Source of the DNA: Batkoa obscura
Taxonomy: Eukaryota
Assembly: GCA_030770535.1 (NCBI GenBank)
Contig: JASVEC010000012.1
Coordinates: forward strand, 930,001 to 994,000
Direction: 5' to 3'
DNA length: 64,000 nt
Shown here: positions 61,709 through 64,000 of the stretch, piece by piece
Position numbering within the stretch: the first letter of the stretch is position 1
How the letters are laid out: each line of letters opens with the position of its first letter
Translations under genes and position numbers: made by a program
Notes under the pieces: model-generated
What the model was told of the DNA's origin: nothing
The model's database searches: none
Seen by the model: only the letters and a program-made list of their open reading frames with translations

Positions 61709-62221
61709 AATTTTTTAAAATTTAAAATTTTACATTCTTTACTCTACTTTATAGTTATATAGAAGCTAAGTTTTCAAATAGACTTTATTTAGTATTTTTA
61801 TACCAATAAGATGAATTTGATTAGGCTTTAACTCCTTGGGATGGAGGAAGGCTTTGACGTAGCCCCAAAGCTCCTTGAAAGTGGTCCAACTTCCCCTGCT
61901 TTCCTAATGATTTTAAATATCATAGTTGAAGTGCTAATCTTTAACTTTTAAAAAATTCTGAAATAAAATTATAAATAAATTATAATAATCTGTAGTTTGA
62001 TATTTAATATTTTTTTGTTTAATATTCTTATTTAATATTATATATCTTATATTCAAAATACTTATAATTCTAATAAATTAATTTCAAATTTACGAATAAT
62101 TGAAGTTTTGTCACAATTTAAAACCATTTAATTTAAGCTAAAACTTACATAAAGTAAAATAAGTCATTAAAACGAAAGCTACTTTTTTGATTTAATTCAT
62201 TTCATTTAATATAAAAATAAA

Positions 62222-64000
62222 ATGGGAGTACAAGGCTTATGGAGTATAATAAACTCGGAAGGAGAAATAGTTGAACTAGAAAGTTTAAATCAAAAGATAT
62301 TAGCCATTGATGCCAGTATTTGGGTACATCAATTTTTAAAAGGAATCAAAGATGATAGAGGGGAAGTTATAGAAAAAGGAAGGCGCATAAAGATAAAATC
62401 GGGTTTAGTTTACAATCAACAGCTGAAAAGATTTTGATGGCCAAGTTACAAAGTACTGTATTGGATACTATAAAGTAGTTTTAGAGTAATACTGTTAACA
62501 ACATTTATATTTATTTGGTTATAGAAATAAACATGACGAAAGTGATGAGTTTAAAAGATTGAATTCATCAGATAGTTTTAATCGTAGTAAAAGAAATAGG
62601 GATGAGTTTGAACTACCGAGTTTAGAAAATGGATTAGAGTAACTAACTCAACACTAATATAACAACAATATTTATTGTTTATAGAAAAAATATGAAATAT
62701 GAAGATCCACGATACGATTTTGATGCAGAGTTGATAGAATATTTGAAAGAATATAAAGTAAGAATCATAATATCATAAAACTTATTTTATTTAATATAAG
62801 TAGCCAGATATGAGCTATTCGAATATCGATAATATTGATGAATTACCAGAACAAATAAAGTATGAGTTAATAAGTGAGCTGAGGTTAAGAAGTAGACAAA
62901 CGTCACTTAAAAGGATGAATTATATGAAAAGAAACGCACCGAAAGCAATTGATTTTTCTCAATTACAAATACAGAATCTAGTGAATAGGAATGCATTAAC
63001 TCAAAAATACCTCGATGTTGTTGGGATCGGGGATGAACGTCACTTACCAAATGTTAAAACTGCTAGGGTGGCTGCTGAAAAAGGTAAAGCTTTTAGTTTA
63101 CTTAAGCAAGAAAATGGCGGTTGGTCAATATCAAGCGAAACAAATGCTCCTACTATTAAATCGGAACCATCAAAACAACCAAAACAATCGAAACCAGTTG
63201 ATAAAAAGGACATTATCGATGCTGCTAGTTTCAATACTAGTTTTGATACTAGCTTTAACTTTTTCGATGATATCGAAGAAATAGAAGACGAAGCGGATTA
63301 CATTGAAGATAATATGGACTTTAAAGATATCTCAAATGAAAACTTAAATACATCAAATTTATCAAAGTTTGTTTATTCAGTCATATAGCTATTTGTTTTT
63401 AATATATAATTTCTTAGTGAATTAAATAACCATACGAATAAAATATTAGAATCAAGTGAAGACGATGTTGAAGACGATGTTGAAGACGATTTCGAAGAGT
63501 AATAATAAATAAATTTAGTTTGATTATTAATTTAGTAATAAAATAGAATAACAGTAGATGATACGACTAACGACAATAGAGGAGAGAATGAAAAAGGGGA
63601 AGTAAAAGAATTAGAAAAATGGCAAAAGTACTTAAATGATGGTATTGATGAAGATATCAAAAATAGTAAACAATTTCATTATGAAGCAATTAATAAATGG
63701 GATTTAGATAAATTACAAAAAAAAATTGAACACTATAAAGAATTACAAAAAGAGTTATTAAATCCTAAGTTCGATCAATTTGTTATTTATGAAGAGTTTT
63801 TAGATACTGTTATTAAATTAAAGAAAAGTCAACTCCAATATAAAAAACTTCAAAGCTTATCAGAAAATAAAATTAAAATATATGATATAAATGAAGATGA
63901 CTCGTTTGAGAGTATTTCTGAGATATCATTTGATGAAATCAGTAGGCCCTCTGAGAATGATGTTAAAGGTAGTTGAAATTTTATTAGGTCATTAAAAAAC
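62222..64000 (+). CDS. RAD2: Rad2/XPG endonuclease, 3'-partial; apparent internal deletion/frameshift near 62380
   Basis: MGVQGLW, LAIDASIWVHQF, ELPEQIKYELISELRLRSRQTS, DFSQLQIQNL; the VFVFDG segment is absent. Confidence 0.85.

Overview
Very AT-rich, gene-dense eukaryotic DNA with short GT-AG introns (mostly 45-70 nt). Gene content (PAN6, pyruvate decarboxylase, acyl-CoA oxidase, Rtt107-like BRCT protein, MTA9-like MT-A70 protein) points to a fungus, most likely an early-diverging lineage such as Zoopagomycota/Entomophthoromycotina (inference only). Housekeeping blocks (RPA1 3' end, TAF9, VPS20, LYAR, two DUF1295 genes, RPL37, MTA9-like, Josephin, HUB1, glutaredoxin, PDC, CBR1, NDK, BRCT protein, PAN6, DAP1, NAK kinase, ACOX, RAD2 5' end) alternate with repeat-rich islands. 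The islands hold a decaying F-box/LRR-like array, a duplicated Sola-like transposase relic, three solo LTRs, eight copies of a ~105-bp MITE and a degenerate Fot1/pogo element. The strongest signal is RIP-like C-to-T/G-to-A hypermutation: every substitution I could find between two 1.6-kb copies is a transition, and the same bias appears to have hit genes lying between them (an SRA 5mC-reader pseudogene and possibly a His-brace LPMO-like gene). Other notable items are a RAD2/XPG gene lacking its catalytic VFVFDG segment and an unannotated four-exon 68-aa gene. Exon boundaries and counts were read by eye.
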